In this document: one piece after another, positions 1 through 12,894 of the stretch | Position numbering within the stretch: the first letter of the stretch is position 1 | How the letters are laid out: each line of letters begins with the position of its first letter | From: Yuukianura sp. NJ FZ-2021 | Lineage: Eukaryota | NCBI GenBank assembly: GCA_046563655.1 | Contig: CM102286.1 | Location: 15,066,001 to 15,130,000, forward strand | Length of the DNA: 64,000 nt | Direction of reading: 5' to 3' | Notes under the pieces: model-generated | Seen by the model: only the letters and a program-made list of their open reading frames with translations | The model's database searches: none | Told to the model about the DNA's origin: nothing | Position numbers and translations under genes: made by a program

Positions 1-1675
1 GAAAAAGTGTAGTTTCAACTTAAGTTAGTTCCATTTTTAGCTTACTCCTAAAAGTAGCGTTTACTATTTCTTTTTTGACCAAAATGTTTGAAATTCTTTT
101 TTGTTTTGTCAGAAGTAGAAGTGGTACAAAAGTTTAGTCAGAATTTTATTTAAGTCGGAATTTTTGCTGTAAAGTTGTTTCGGGTGTTTCAGGTTTTAGT
201 TTTCATTTTGGTAGAGTTTGGATAAATTCAAAATACTGTTTTCTGAAATTTTGAAGATGATGTTTTTTCAAATTTTGGAAATGTTGTTGATTGGATTGGT
301 TTGAATGGGAGTTCCGGTGGAGAATTATTGGCGTAATAAAGTTTGTTTCCATCTTCTGCCTGCGCACATCTGTTTGGCCGACCGTGAAGCAGATCAAGCC
401 GAACAAAACGCAGGAACTGCCGGAGTCTGCTAAAATCTTCTACGCCGCGCACAAATTTCCCATCAAAGCGTTTTTCATACATTTCAAAAGTTGGAGAGCA
501 GCCAAAGTCCCGGTTCAGAAGTTAACAAAACTATTGATTTACTCCACCACATCTTGATTCACAAACCAGTTTACAAACAACTCCACTTTTACGCTTAAAA
601 TACACAAAGTTCATTTTCAAATAGAAAAAACGATGTGATTCGAACGAATTTTGGATGTAGATATTTGTTGTTTTAAAAATTTTAGTTTAAAATTGGCCTC
701 TTTTCCTTATATGTTTAAACTTTATTTGTTTTTGCTTTTTGTTAAACTTTAATCTTTTTTTGCGAGTGGAGAACAAAGAGTTTTTTGGCGTTAGAAGGTT
801 CCTGTGATTTTGTTTTGACTCAGATGTCACAATGTGTCATCCTCACTTGATCTCCAGAGAGAACCTCAAAAACAACACTTCATCTTCCTCTAATTGCAAT
901 TAAAGTTCTCTTTTGGCGCCAGTCGCCATGACCTCTCAGGTCATTCGAGCCTCACCAAAAGTAAGAAGTTGACACGTACAGAAATCCAGAAGAAAATCAA
1001 TAGACGCCGCTCCTTAATGAGCTGTATTCTGAGCTCCCTTTTTTCAGCCTAATAGTTACTCCCTCCAAAAACTATTTTCACAAAGTAATAGTTACTCCCT
1101 CCACAAAGTCAAAAGTCAAATGATTCTTACACACGACTAAGGCACAAAATGGTCTACTACTCCCCACTCAAAACTTATTTTGAATCCAGTTTCACACGTA
1201 ACCACCCAAAAACTATCGTTAAAATGCATAACCACCCAAAAACTGTTAAAAAGCATAATCGGGAAGGTTTTTTTAGTTCCTACCACGGCGGGGGGACTTT
1301 GTGTTGTTTAATTGAAGGATTTGAATTCGGTGCGTGTTGAAATGGGTTACTTCCTCGTTGGCAGTTGTCAATTGGATACAAAGTGTTCTGCTTTTTAACT
1401 TTTTTCAACAGTTGATGGGGGAGAGTAATGAACTCTGTTTTACACTTTGAGTCTTGGAGATTAGTCTGTTAGTTTTGGATCCACAAAGTAGAAGATGCGA
1501 TACAAAGTGAGCGATAAAAGAAATGAGATACTTGTGTTTGATGAATGAGATAAATTTATGAGTGTGCTGCAATAATGTGGACTTAAAAGTCATGTGCCAA
1601 GTCCCATTAATCATGAGCTCTCCAAGTCAATTTATCCTATGAGTTTTAACTTTTGAAGTGCGTGTTGATTTGTAG

Positions 1676-4600
1676 ATCTGCGACTGCAACTCCAGGAACA
1701 GCTCAAATGCTTCGACGCACGCGTGGAGACGCAAGTTCTTTTGACGAATGAACTGCAAGACTACTTCCGGAAGAAGGCTGAAATTGAGCTGGACTACTCC
1801 AGGAACCTGGACAAACTAGCCAAGTCACTCGTCCTCAGGCAAAAGGAACTCAAACAAAGGCAAGTTATGAAAAAGTGTCTGAGGTCATTGACCTTTCCCA
1901 AAAAGAGAGGTCACTGGTACAATGAGGTCAACTGTCCATCTTCTCAAAGTTAGCGCTAGTTTTGACAAACGTTGTTTTTAAATATGTTTGATAAACGCAA
2001 TATTTTACCGTTGCGTTCCAAATTTTTGATGAGGTCAAAGATTAAAGATAAGTTTGACCTCGTTTTTAGACAAAATATTTGACTGACTTCCTTGTTGAGC
2101 ACAAAAGTGTAAACAAAAGTATAAAATGCTTAGCACCTATACAAAATATTTATGTTTTATAATAATATAAATATTATGTAATTAATATTATAATTGAATA
2201 TGTTTTAGGCGGGAACAGCTCCACTTGTTTTCTCTGTACAACTGCTGGCAGGAGTTGATTCAGGAGACAAAGAAGGAGAGTCAGGAGCATGGCGTCCTGG
2301 CAGAAGTGTACAACACGCATGTCACCACTAGACTCAGCATGGTCATGGAGGACCTCCAGAGAGTCTACAAACAAGTACTAATATTATATTAATGTATTAT
2401 AATATATTAATATATTAATGCATTTTATTCAATAGTGCCATGAGATTGGAACTGATTCTCACGAGGAGTTGCTCAAAGTTCTTCATGAGCTGCACACTTC
2501 GACTAAAACGTTTCACTTGTACCAGAGTGAGCACAGACAAACAGAATCCAAATTGAAATTGGTTGAATCTCAGAAAAAGAAACTGGAACTGATCATCCCC
2601 AAGGAAAAAATTGAAAAGTCCAAGAAAATCCGTCTAGTCGACAAGGAAATTCAAAAAGTAAGAAATTTTTAGAAAAAGGGATCTTTAAAAGAAATTTTTA
2701 GAAAAGTTGTTTGAAAATGATTTTGTTTTGTTTTCAGCGGCGTAACAAGTACACAGATGCTCGTTTCAAAGCACTAAAAGCGAAGAACGAGTACGTGCTG
2801 TGCATGGATGCGGCCAATGCGGCTGTTCAAAAGTACTTTGTGGATGATTTGTCAGACTTAATAGACGTAAGGCACGAATTTCAAAAAAAGAAGCACTTTT
2901 TACACGAATTTCAAAAAAAAATTAAGTTCAACACATAAATTATTCCTGAGGAAAAAATGTTATGTCCGGACCACGCCCAAGGTTCATTTTCGTGCATAAG
3001 TGGCTCGTTTCTGGTCGGTACTAGACCGTGGTAGATGAAAATGAAATTTTTATGAAATGAAAATTTGAATTGAAATTTTGAATTTTGGAGATGGGAATTT
3101 TGAAATTGTATTCCAGTGCATGGACTTGGGGTTCTACCAGTGCATCTCCCGTGCTCTCAACATGTACATCTCTACACAAGATCACATCCGAACTTCCACC
3201 GCCACTAACATGGCCACTCTTTCAAAATGTATTCTTGGGCTTGACTCGCGGCTGGACAAACAAAAGTTCCTGGAAGCAAACAACTCTGTTTTCATCATGC
3301 CCAAGAAAGTGGAGTTCCAGGCACTTAAGGGAGAAGAGGTAAAATTCAAATTCAAAATTAAAAAAAATGCATTTTTTAAAAACATGTTAATTTCAAGGTC
3401 CGTAAACAAAAAGAAAACTTTTTCTACACCAGGTTGTCCAATAACTCGAAGTTTTAAATTTTGTTTGAAGTAATAAATCTCTCATTCTATGGTAATTTTT
3501 TGGATGTTAATCTAAATGGGATTGGTGCTAAAAGTTGTTGGAAGCAAAATTTTTGAAAAGTCTGAGTTATTGGACAACCTGTTGTAGGAAATACAATCCG
3601 GTTGTCAAGGAACCTTGGTTAATTTGATTCAATTTTTGCCTTAGTTGGATCCGAATGAAGCAAATGCAGAACTGGAGACGATTGGATTCATCCGGCAAGA
3701 GCTGGAGCAGCGTCTGATTCAGCTCCACCGCCGATTAGACTCTCTCCGAATAGAGGCTGACGAAGCCTGGAAGACGCTGGAAACTGCAGAGTCGTCTTTA
3801 CTCCAACTGCTGACTGTGAATGACTACAGTGCAGAAGAGCACTTCCTGGAATCTAGTCACAACAGAACGTCCAAAACAGAATACTTGTTCAACACACAAC
3901 GACTCAGAGCAGAGACTGACGAGTTTCACTTATCCGTAAGTCTTTTTCAAAAAAAAATACAAATGAAGACTTTTGAGTTTTTGGATTTTTAAATTTTCCA
4001 GAAATTCCGGGACTACATGCTAGGCACAAACAGAATAGCAAGACTCCAGGCAAAGTACGACCACATTCGGAAAGTTCTGGGTGATTTGGATCCAAACAAT
4101 TTGTCACCCGGACTAGCCCAGACTTTAGCGGGTTCGAAGTTTTGAAAATGTTAAATTCAAAATAATTTTTTTTGAAAATTTTTTATGTTTTGGATTGTAG
4201 AACCAAGGAAAGTTATCAGGAGAAAGAGAATTGGACATTTCCAGAACAACAGAAATCCGCGTCTCTTCGGCGGTAGCTTGGAGGAGTACATTGAGTTCAC
4301 CAATCAAGAAATTCCAATCGTTCTCAAAAGTTGTATTCGCGTTATAAACTTATACGGTAAGACTTTTTTTAAAGTGAAAGTTAAAAAGTGAAAGTCTTGA
4401 GTTAAAAAGATAAATTTTGCAATGTTAGGGTTGCACCATCAAGGTATTTTCCGTGTGTCGGGATCTCAGATTGAAATTAACAATTTCAAAGATGCTTTTG
4501 AGAGAGGCGAAGATCCACTCATTGACATCAACGATGCTTCGGACATCAACAGCATCGCGGGAGTTTTAAAATTGTACTTGCGAGAACTACGAGAACCAAT

Positions 4601-7600
4601 ATTTCCCATCGTCTACTTTGAACAGTTCATGGAACTAGCTCGTAAAACACTCAAAGAATTTTCAGAAAACTGGTTTTTCAAAAAAAATTTTGAAAAAAAA
4701 ATTAAACGTTTGTGTTTTTTAGAATTGGAGTCCAAACATTTGTTTGTGATGAAACTACGGGATTTAATTACTTCTCTCCCTCGTCCAGTCTACATCGTTC
4801 TTCGCTACTTGTTTGCCTTCCTCAATCAGTAAGATTGACACCAGTTTTTAAAATTTGTTAAATTTTCAAAATTTAATGATTTCATAATTTGAAAATTCTT
4901 TTCGATAGCTTGTCAGAGTATAGTGATGAGAACATGATGGATCCATACAACATTGCCATTTGCTTTGGACCAACACTAGTCCCCGTACCGGAAGATAAGG
5001 ATCAGGTTTGTTTACAGTTTTTTTGTCGACCATGTTGTTGTTGACAGAATTGAATGTATAACATTTTGTTTTTGACGGAATTGTAGGTGCAGTACCAAAA
5101 TCTGGTCAACGAACTTATTAAAAACGTCATTGTGTACATGGAAGACATTTTTTCTGGAGACGAAGATTTTGGGGGAACGAGATACGAAAAATACATAAGC
5201 AAAGAACCAGATGAAGTGTAAGTACAATCTTAAAATTAAAAAAAAAAAGCACGCGTTAAAAAAGGATGGTTTCGGATTTTGGACATGACTTTCAGCGTGG
5301 AAAAGAGCATCAACCCGATAACACAACATTCTGAAATTTAACAGACGTCATGTAGCCTTAGAGTAGAATCGATGTTCAAAAAATTGGCGTGATGTGTTTT
5401 CGGGTTCTAGTCCAAAAGGGACGCCAAAGTTGACCATATTTTGATGGAAAGAATCACAATCTTTCATTTATTCTCGTGCAAAATAGTTTTTAACACTTGG
5501 GTTTTAAACACGTGCACATTTTGAAAGTTTCGATTGCAAACGTTGCACAACTAAAAAACAGGTTTTACTTTGTGCACAATTTCAAATTTCGGGTTTTTAA
5601 TTTTTATTTTGCACAATTTCTAACTTTTAAGCGTATCCGCTGCACATTTTCCTTGTTTAACGTTTTTAGAATGCACAATTTCTAGATTTTGTGTTATTCG
5701 CAGTGCACATTTCAAAAAGTTTACGTTCGAACATTGCACAACTTTCGTACCTTTTCTGCAGTTGTGTTGCACAAGATCAAACTTTCTGGTTGTCACATTG
5801 CACAGTTTCGAACCTTTTGTTTTTAAATTGCATATTTTCATAAGTTATAATAATAATGAGAATCAACCGATTGTAAACCGGATATACGTAAGTAACGTAA
5901 GCCCTGCTCAAGTCCGGCATAAAATAATTATCGGTGTCAGACAACGATAAGTATTGATTTTGGTAAATGAGATCCAATTCTAAATGAGGCCATTTTGTTT
6001 TTCATTGATTTCGAAGAAAGAGTCAAAAGTTTAAAGTATGTAGCAGTTTTAAATTTTTGAGGCAACTTTCAGCTTTTTGAAGAATTCATACTCCATTTTC
6101 TTAAGACAATTTTGTCGTAGAACGAAAATGAAATATTTTTTTTTAAAGAATTTTATATGAAGTCATATGAAACTAAAACTTCTATACAACTTTTCATACG
6201 AAACTGTGCAGGAAAATCGAGCATAAATTGGGGTTAACAGGTTAGGTTACCTTGGAGTTTTTAATTTGTTAGGGAAAATCATGAAAACAACAAAAAAAAG
6301 CGTGTTTTTGTTGTTTTCATACGCGGGATTTTTTTAACAATCGGTTTATTGCCTAACCTGTTGATGAAACAGTTTCCTGTCAAAACACCTTGGCTGCACC
6401 TGTTGACTGTATAACTGTGTTGTAGATAGTTCACGTTAATGCACTGACAAAAGAAAGGTGACTGACTACAGAAAGTCTGATCCATGAACGGCCAGACAGA
6501 CAGACAGGCAGGGCCATAAAGTAGCTTACGCTATTTAGAAATAACAGGTGTTTCACAATTTCGAGCTTTTCGAGTTTTGATGCTGCACCAGGCCGAAAGA
6601 ATTGTGCAACATTTTGCACATTTGTGAAAAAAACAGGCGATTTAAAACGTTTTATAACGTTATTAATTGGGCCGGAGAAAATACAAACAAACAAATGGCG
6701 CTGGGCCGGATTTTCTACAGAAACCCGAAACCATCCTTTGTAGTAAAAATTCAAGTTTGCCAATTTTTGAAATTTTCAGTGATGTAGACACTCCTGGCGA
6801 CGACTCCCATGACGATTTGGGTTCTGAACTTCTTTGCCCCTCTGAAGACGGTAAAAATCTCAACGTTTTTGAAATTCTAAAAAATCTGCATTTTGTTTAA
6901 AATTTGACGGCAATTCTTTGATTTGCAATTTGTTTTAGATTCTGTGTTTTTAAAAGAACGCGACATCAGTTTACAGGTTTTCCAAAGTGAGAAAAGAACG
7001 CCACCATTTTGTTAATTTTAGCTTTAGCTTTGCCTAGTTCAACTTTTTAGTAACTTATAATTTTTTTAGTTCTTTAAAATTTGTTCTAAAAACTTGTTTT
7101 AGAATCCGAGTACTTGGAGGGAATCGCTCAGTATGATTTTAAGGCTCGTTCAGACCGCGAAATCAGTTTTAAAAAAGGTGATGTCATCACTTTGTACTCT
7201 CAAGTCTCCAATGATTGGTGGAAAGGATCCTGCAATGGCATCAATGGCCTCGTGCCAGACAAATACATCATGCTCAAAATCAAGTACTTTTTTTTAAAAT
7301 TTAAAACAATTTCTAAGAAAAATGAACTTTTTTCAAAAAAATGTCAACCTTGTTTGAACAGAGACGAGGAACATCGTGAACGCCTGCTCTCTTCTCCATT
7401 TCTATTTGAAAAGAAACAGTCTATTCCGACACACCACCACTCCAGAACAGCCAGCGACTCTTTCTTGACCTCAAGGTCACTTCCCTCCCCCAGTCCAAAT
7501 TTAGCACTCTCAAAACTTCAGTTGACCACTTCAGGAGACTCTATGACCAGTTCAAATTCAACTGGGAGCAGGTCACCCGGAGTAGAGGTCAAAGAAGCTG

Positions 7601-8379
7601 AAATTTCAAGGTCACGGCTACCCCAAAACTTAGTCGAGGTTGCCGTCACCAACGGCGCCTTTCAGCGCGAACTAACGCCTCCTTTAGCAAATACCGTCAC
7701 GGTTTCACCCGAAACGAAACCGACCTTTGAAACCGAACCGGTTCAAGTCATCACGCAGACGCAGTTGGACGAATCCGTCGAAACGAAGATCATGGACGAT
7801 GACCTTGAGGGGTCAATCTCCATTGTCACTTCAGAACCAAAGTCTATAGACAACGACGCATCTTCCGAAGACGCCCGACACACTTTCCAGATCTCTCCCA
7901 CCCCAAAAGTCAATGTCCCACCAACCAGTCAGCCAAAAGTGGACCGACCAACAACGACAGCCGTACCGGTTGCCATGGCAACCACTACGCCTAAACTCCA
8001 AAATAACATTCAGTTCTGGGAGGCCAAGGCTAAGTTCTCCTCTGCCGCGGCCACTCCTGATTTGGTCATGGACCTTCCCATGGTTACTTCTTCGACGACA
8101 GTCGACGAAACTCCGGAGAGTCCCGATTCGGTTGAAACTGCTGCCGAATGCTTTGCTAAACAAAATCAAAGTACTTTGAAGAAGAACTACAAAAATCCAC
8201 TCAAAAAAGAAACTCCGGAGCAACAACCTTCGACATCATCTAAACCGCAAGTAAAAGTGAAACCGATTGTTCTGAAAAAGCCTAGTGTTCCTATCCACCT
8301 ACTGCCCAGAGGGAGTAACTATGACGAAGAGGAGTCTTCCAAAAGTTTCTCAGATGATGAAAAGACAACAAATTTGTAA
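1676..8379 (+). CDS. srGAP: SLIT-ROBO Rho GTPase-activating protein (F-BAR, RhoGAP, SH3); multi-exon, first coding exon not identified
   Basis: Exons encode an F-BAR segment (LQDYFRKKAEIELDYSRNLDKL), a RhoGAP domain (GLHHQGIFRVSGSQ, AGVLKLYLRELREP, ENMMDPYNIAICFGPTL) and an SH3 domain (AQYDFKARSDREISFKKGD...WWKG...GLVPDKY), separated by GT-AG introns; stop at 8379. Confidence 0.9.
3394..3617. mobile_element. Non-autonomous DNA transposon (MITE) with CAAGG termini, in an srGAP intron
   Basis: Ends caagg.../...ccttg; inner inverted repeat caggttgtccaataactc/gagttattggacaacctg; 8-bp duplication gttaattt on both sides; a related copy lies inverted at 43145-43371. Confidence 0.8.
5261..6739. mobile_element. 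Probable composite non-autonomous DNA transposon filling an srGAP intron
   Basis: 15-bp inverted ends aaaggatggtttcgg/ccgaaaccatccttt; internal run of TGCACA motifs (about 5510-5830); nested inverted pair aacaggttagg/cctaacctgtt (6236-6362). No clear target duplication. Confidence 0.4.
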
Positions 8380-8822
8380 AAATGAATGCCAACTTTAAAT
8401 TGCCAATTTTAGTAAACTTTGGACAGAATATTGTAAACTGGATAACTAACTATAGGTTTTAGATTAAGTGTAAAAACTGTTGTTGTGTTTTGTTTTGCTC
8501 AAATGTGCTGTGGCTGATTTTGCACAGAAAACTTTCTTACAAGAACAATACTTTGGATACGATGTCTTCCTCTTCATTTTTCTTTTAGGCCTATGAAACT
8601 ATTTAATTTCTGCCACACGTCTCTACCTCCTGTTAGTTTTTAGAAACGTTTTTAAAAATTGAAGTTACGTTTTGCTTTTGAAATTTTTAGAAAAATGGTT
8701 GTCAATTACAAGCCAAATAAAAGACGTTTGGAGTTTAATTGTATCAAAAAGGACTGAATCTTTTTTGAGCAATTAACAGAAACACTAGTTAGTTTTGATT
8801 CAACGTTTAGATTAATTGAAAA

Positions 8823-10005
8823 TCACAACGTTGACAAAAACTGGTTGATGATTGGTGCAACAACTTGTGGTTGCAGCATGTGAATATGGTGAGTCCCAGG
8901 TATTGTGGTGTAATTGTAAGGTTTTGCATTTTTAGTCAGTCTCGATAGTACTTGTTTGATCTGTGGAACATCTTCAGGGTTCCAGGAATCTTGACAAGTG
9001 ATTACTTGCATGGGACATGTCACTGCATCGGCCATTGACAAAACCCTGTCCAGGGTAAGACGAGCAAGAAAAAAGAACTGATGATTCCTAGGATCATGTG
9101 TAAACTGGAGTTTCCCATCGACTAACTTCCTTGAGCCACGGTCAACCAACATGTCACATCCTTCCAGTGACAGACCTCCTTGTGGCTCTCTTCCTTTGGC
9201 CATCTTCTGCACCATTTCCTCACGAGTGTAAGACGGCGCTGGACGATTAGAAAGTAGCTTCTTCTCCGTTTCTAATAATCCTTCGATACAAGTATTTGTA
9301 ATAGCAAGGCCAGTTTCACCGTCGACGTTTAAAAACAGAGGGTGGAACATGTCTATTCCAATCAAACTTCGGACTAAACTGAAATAAAACAAGATAAGAA
9401 TGTGAAACTATAAGTTTTTACTTGAAGTTATCACATTTAGTAGTTACTTACTCAGGAAAGGCAGATGTAAATGAAAGACCAACTAATCCTCCGAAAGAGT
9501 GCCCAAGGATTGTCACTTTGTCCCAATTCATGTGTCGGATAATCCTTAAGACAGACAGGAGTCCCTCCATGTGTAAATCAGAGTACGGGCCGGGAGTGTG
9601 GTAAGACAATCCATGACCGGGGAGGTCAAAGGCCAAAACAGCTTGTCCAGGACGATCAGCGACGACTAGTGGAGCAAGAGGTTCGAAGGCGGCGACATTG
9701 TCTCCCCATCCATTGATACAAATTATGGGTGCTGGTTTTGAGCCGGATGTATCAGCAGAACGATTTTCCCAGACTTTAGCTGTAATTCAACAAAAATAAA
9801 ATACTGATTACGTTCTGAAAACGTCTAAAAATAAGGACCACTTTTAGTTGCCGCTTACATTACCAGCGATACGACCCTTTACAAATGGAACTGGAACGTC
9901 AACGTCTTTGACACTGTAGCTGGAACTCCATCGATGCTGATCTCGGACTGGTAACTTAATAAACGATGAACAGCGGACAGTACAACGAAATGTCCTCCAC
10001 AACAT
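8823..10005 (-). CDS. Serine hydrolase-like alpha/beta hydrolase (SERHL/kraken family), 3 exons
   Basis: Spliced translation MLWRTFRC...VPVPFVKGRIA|AKVW...GWGDN...AFDLPGHGLS...GHSFGG...FTHDPR...IPGTHHIHM shows the nucleophile elbow and catalytic His motif. Confidence 0.85.
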
Positions 10006-10297
10006 GCTGGACTCGTATTTTTAACGTTTCTTTGAAGAAATGAAAAATTAATGAAAGTTACTGTGGAATAATCAGCTGTTCAACTCTTTTCAAGTTCTTA
10101 CCGCCCCGACCGTGATTGCGGATTTCTCGGCATAGTCAGATCGCTTTGCGTCACATCATCCGTCAATAATTAATAATTTAATTAATTAATTATGAAATTC
10201 ATTATTAATTTCAACTCGTTTCAGTTGGGCTAGCTTCACTGAATGGAATGAATAGAAAGAATAGACTTATTTATGGACATAACAACACCGGTTGTTT

Positions 10298-11389
10298 TTA
10301 ACCTTTCCTTTTCTTCTTTCGTCGTTTTGATGCCTTCACCGGTTCAGAGTAGTCCTGCAAGTCGTCCAAAACATGGCTGTTTTGCTTGATGTGTCGAACA
10401 GACTCGGGTTGGGTGGAAGCATTGTTAGCTTGCTCCTTTTTCTTGCGAATGGTAGGCTTCCGTGTTATAAATGGAAGTTGAGGCGGGCGCTTCGGCATTT
10501 TCCGGTCCAGATTCATCCCAGACTTCCGTAACTGCTCGTTGATGTGCTGTTCGTCAACTTGTGAAATATCTACACTGTTGAACAGGTCAATGGCGTCTTG
10601 ACTGTTTTGTGGCAACAATCTATATATGGCGTCCTTAACTACGAGAATTTTAAGTTTGTCGTCAACCTCTCCAAGGATGAAGATTTTGCCTCTCTCCCTC
10701 AATGCCTGTCAGTAATAAATAAGAAAGCAAAATGAAGTTCACCTAACGAATAATTCCCAGAACTTAGATGATTTTCAATCTCAATCCAACTTACGTTGAT
10801 GGCCTGTTCGGCTACTCCTTCTCCTGGAATCGAATCCAGCACATCACTTTGCAGCATTCCTATTCGTGTAGTTTCGTATTCTTGTAGTAAATCCCAAAGT
10901 GACGAAACTCCCCGGCAAGGTAATGGCGGCTTATAAACGAACTTTCCGTCCGATGTCACCTCAACCCGATCCACTCCCCGAAGTCCTGTTTGGTGAACCC
11001 ACTAAAAGAATACATAAAAATAACATAATTTATGTCCTCTGAGAGGCTCTACTTTCATTAATTAACTTCTCACCTCCTTGATGGTGGGGTATGCATCCGT
11101 ATTGTACGTTTCCTTCAGAATTTCTTCAAACGATCTCGGTCTGGGATCGGCTTTACGCAAAAATAAGTCTTTCAGGTAACTTATACACCTTATAAGAAGA
11201 CGTTTCCTGGCCTCGTCATCCCCAGCGCCTCTAGACTACAAATTTAATAAAGTAAAGTTACTAAAAAGTTGGATTAATGTTACCTTTTAGTAACATTAAA
11301 GCGCTACTAAACACTCAGCGGATTTAATGCCGAATAGCGTAGCGATTGTCTATTTTGTCGTAGCTGCTTACCGTTAACGTTGGCGACAT
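10298..11389 (-). CDS. Divergent transcription initiation factor IIE subunit beta-like protein; N-terminal exons uncertain
   Basis: Spliced segment RSFEEILKETYNTD...WVHQTGLRGVDRVEVTSDGKFVYKPP...LFNSVDISQVDEQHINEQLRKSG...KQNSHVLDDLQDYS resembles TFIIE-beta (LDEILDET...KYAFKP...HNxHLxxVLxDY). Confidence 0.65.
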
Positions 11390-12183
11390 GGTGCTCCTGC
11401 TCGTTCCCTACCTCTTTGGTCCTGATGCCAAAGCAAGGACTAGAAACTGGAGTAGCACTTCGACCGTGCGATCAGCGGTTCTTAATCGATTGAAATTGAA
11501 TTAAAACATCAACAAATGAGTAGGAATAGTTGCATCACATATTAAAACGTTATTTATTTTGAGTTTGGAAAAGAAGTTGGGGGGTTTGGAGTTGGGATGG
11601 TCCCCACATGCATTTTTCCCATTGCCACCTCACGTTCTTCACCACCCCCAACTCCAAAAGAGTAAAATCTGCCTTTGGTTTACTCCTTCCGTCTTCATAT
11701 AAAAGGGAACCTCAACAAAAATTTTCTCATTCACTCTTGTCTCTTCGTAGGGAGAGGAAGGCAGTGGAGACAAGGTTTCCTTGTAAACAATAAACATACT
11801 TCATCTGTTTCTTCTGTACATCTCTTTTAATTGTCATCTTTAATTAACTTTTCTTTTTAGTTAAGTAATCGATTGAATTACCAATCAAATGATTCAGGGG
11901 ATAGGTTCAGCACATATCAAAATAAGATCAAAGTAATTTGGCACAAAATGCGCGGCGTCATATTCAGAACTTCCAAATTCAAACCACAATTACTTCAGAA
12001 TTTGAAAATTCAGAGGGTTTAACCCAGTGTTCCCAGTTTCAGTCACTGGACATTCCGGCCGTCCGCCAGAAAACGTCTTTTGGACATTTTGGTCCAACCC
12101 CTTTCAGTCGACCGAAATGACCAAAACTAATTTTAACCCTACAGGAGGCCCGGGAGATTTGAAAATTTGAGAGGCGTGGCCAG

Positions 12184-12311
12184 TGTTAAGTGATGCTCGT
12201 ATCCTCGTTTCGCTTTCACTTGCTTCTTTTTATTGGTTCATTTCTACTTATTTTATACTAACTCTAATGTGGTGTGCGGTTAGGTGGCGGGCAGATAGAA
12301 CAGCCCTCACA
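12184..12311 (-). repeat. 3' LTR (128 bp)
   Basis: Identical to 20324-20451; preceded on the minus strand by a short purine run (TTAGGGAG), the probable polypurine tract. Confidence 0.95.
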
Positions 12312-12894
12312 CTCCCTAACGCAAAAAAAATTTTGACTTGTCCATAAGTGATTGTGTGCAAAAGAAGTGATGGAACGTGTCGTGTGTTTTGTGTAACAGC
12401 GGAAGTGGATTAAAGATTATGGCTGTCTCAAGGATTGTGTGTCTTGAGTAATGTAGTTTGTGGGACAGTGCAGTTGAATCCGTGAAGTGGAATGCGATGT
12501 ATCCTGGGGTGACTATCAGATACGTGTCTGATTATTAATTTAAATATACTTTACAATGGTTGTGAAATTATAATTCTAAAAGGTGTTAAAATTGCAGATT
12601 TTCATAAGGCGGGAATTTACATGTTTAGGATACGTGCATCATAACGTAAAGCATTACAATTTAAAATTAAAATGTTAATTATAGAAAGTTCAATTTAAAT
12701 GTATGTGTTTTTGTTTTTTACAGGTGCTGTGTAATGTGTATGTGGGTGAGAATGAGTACCTAAAACTTGTATTGAAACAAGTTTCCTTAATTGTAAGATG
12801 GAGAAAATTGGTAGCGTCCTTCAGTGGATTAGTCCACCTTTTTTCACATCTCCTAGAGTGAAAGTGCGTGTTGTGTGTTTGTATCCAGTGGTGA

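Noticed and set aside
7831..8226. Antisense and alternate-frame ORFs over srGAP (similar ones over pol, gdhA and the P450s)
   Set aside because: Shadow ORFs of GC-richer coding exons with no independent support.
11570..11840. Possible solo LTR or Stowaway-like end (tactccttccgtc, TATAAAAG, AATAAA, short inverted repeat)
   Set aside because: No defined TG...CA boundaries, partner TIR or target duplication.
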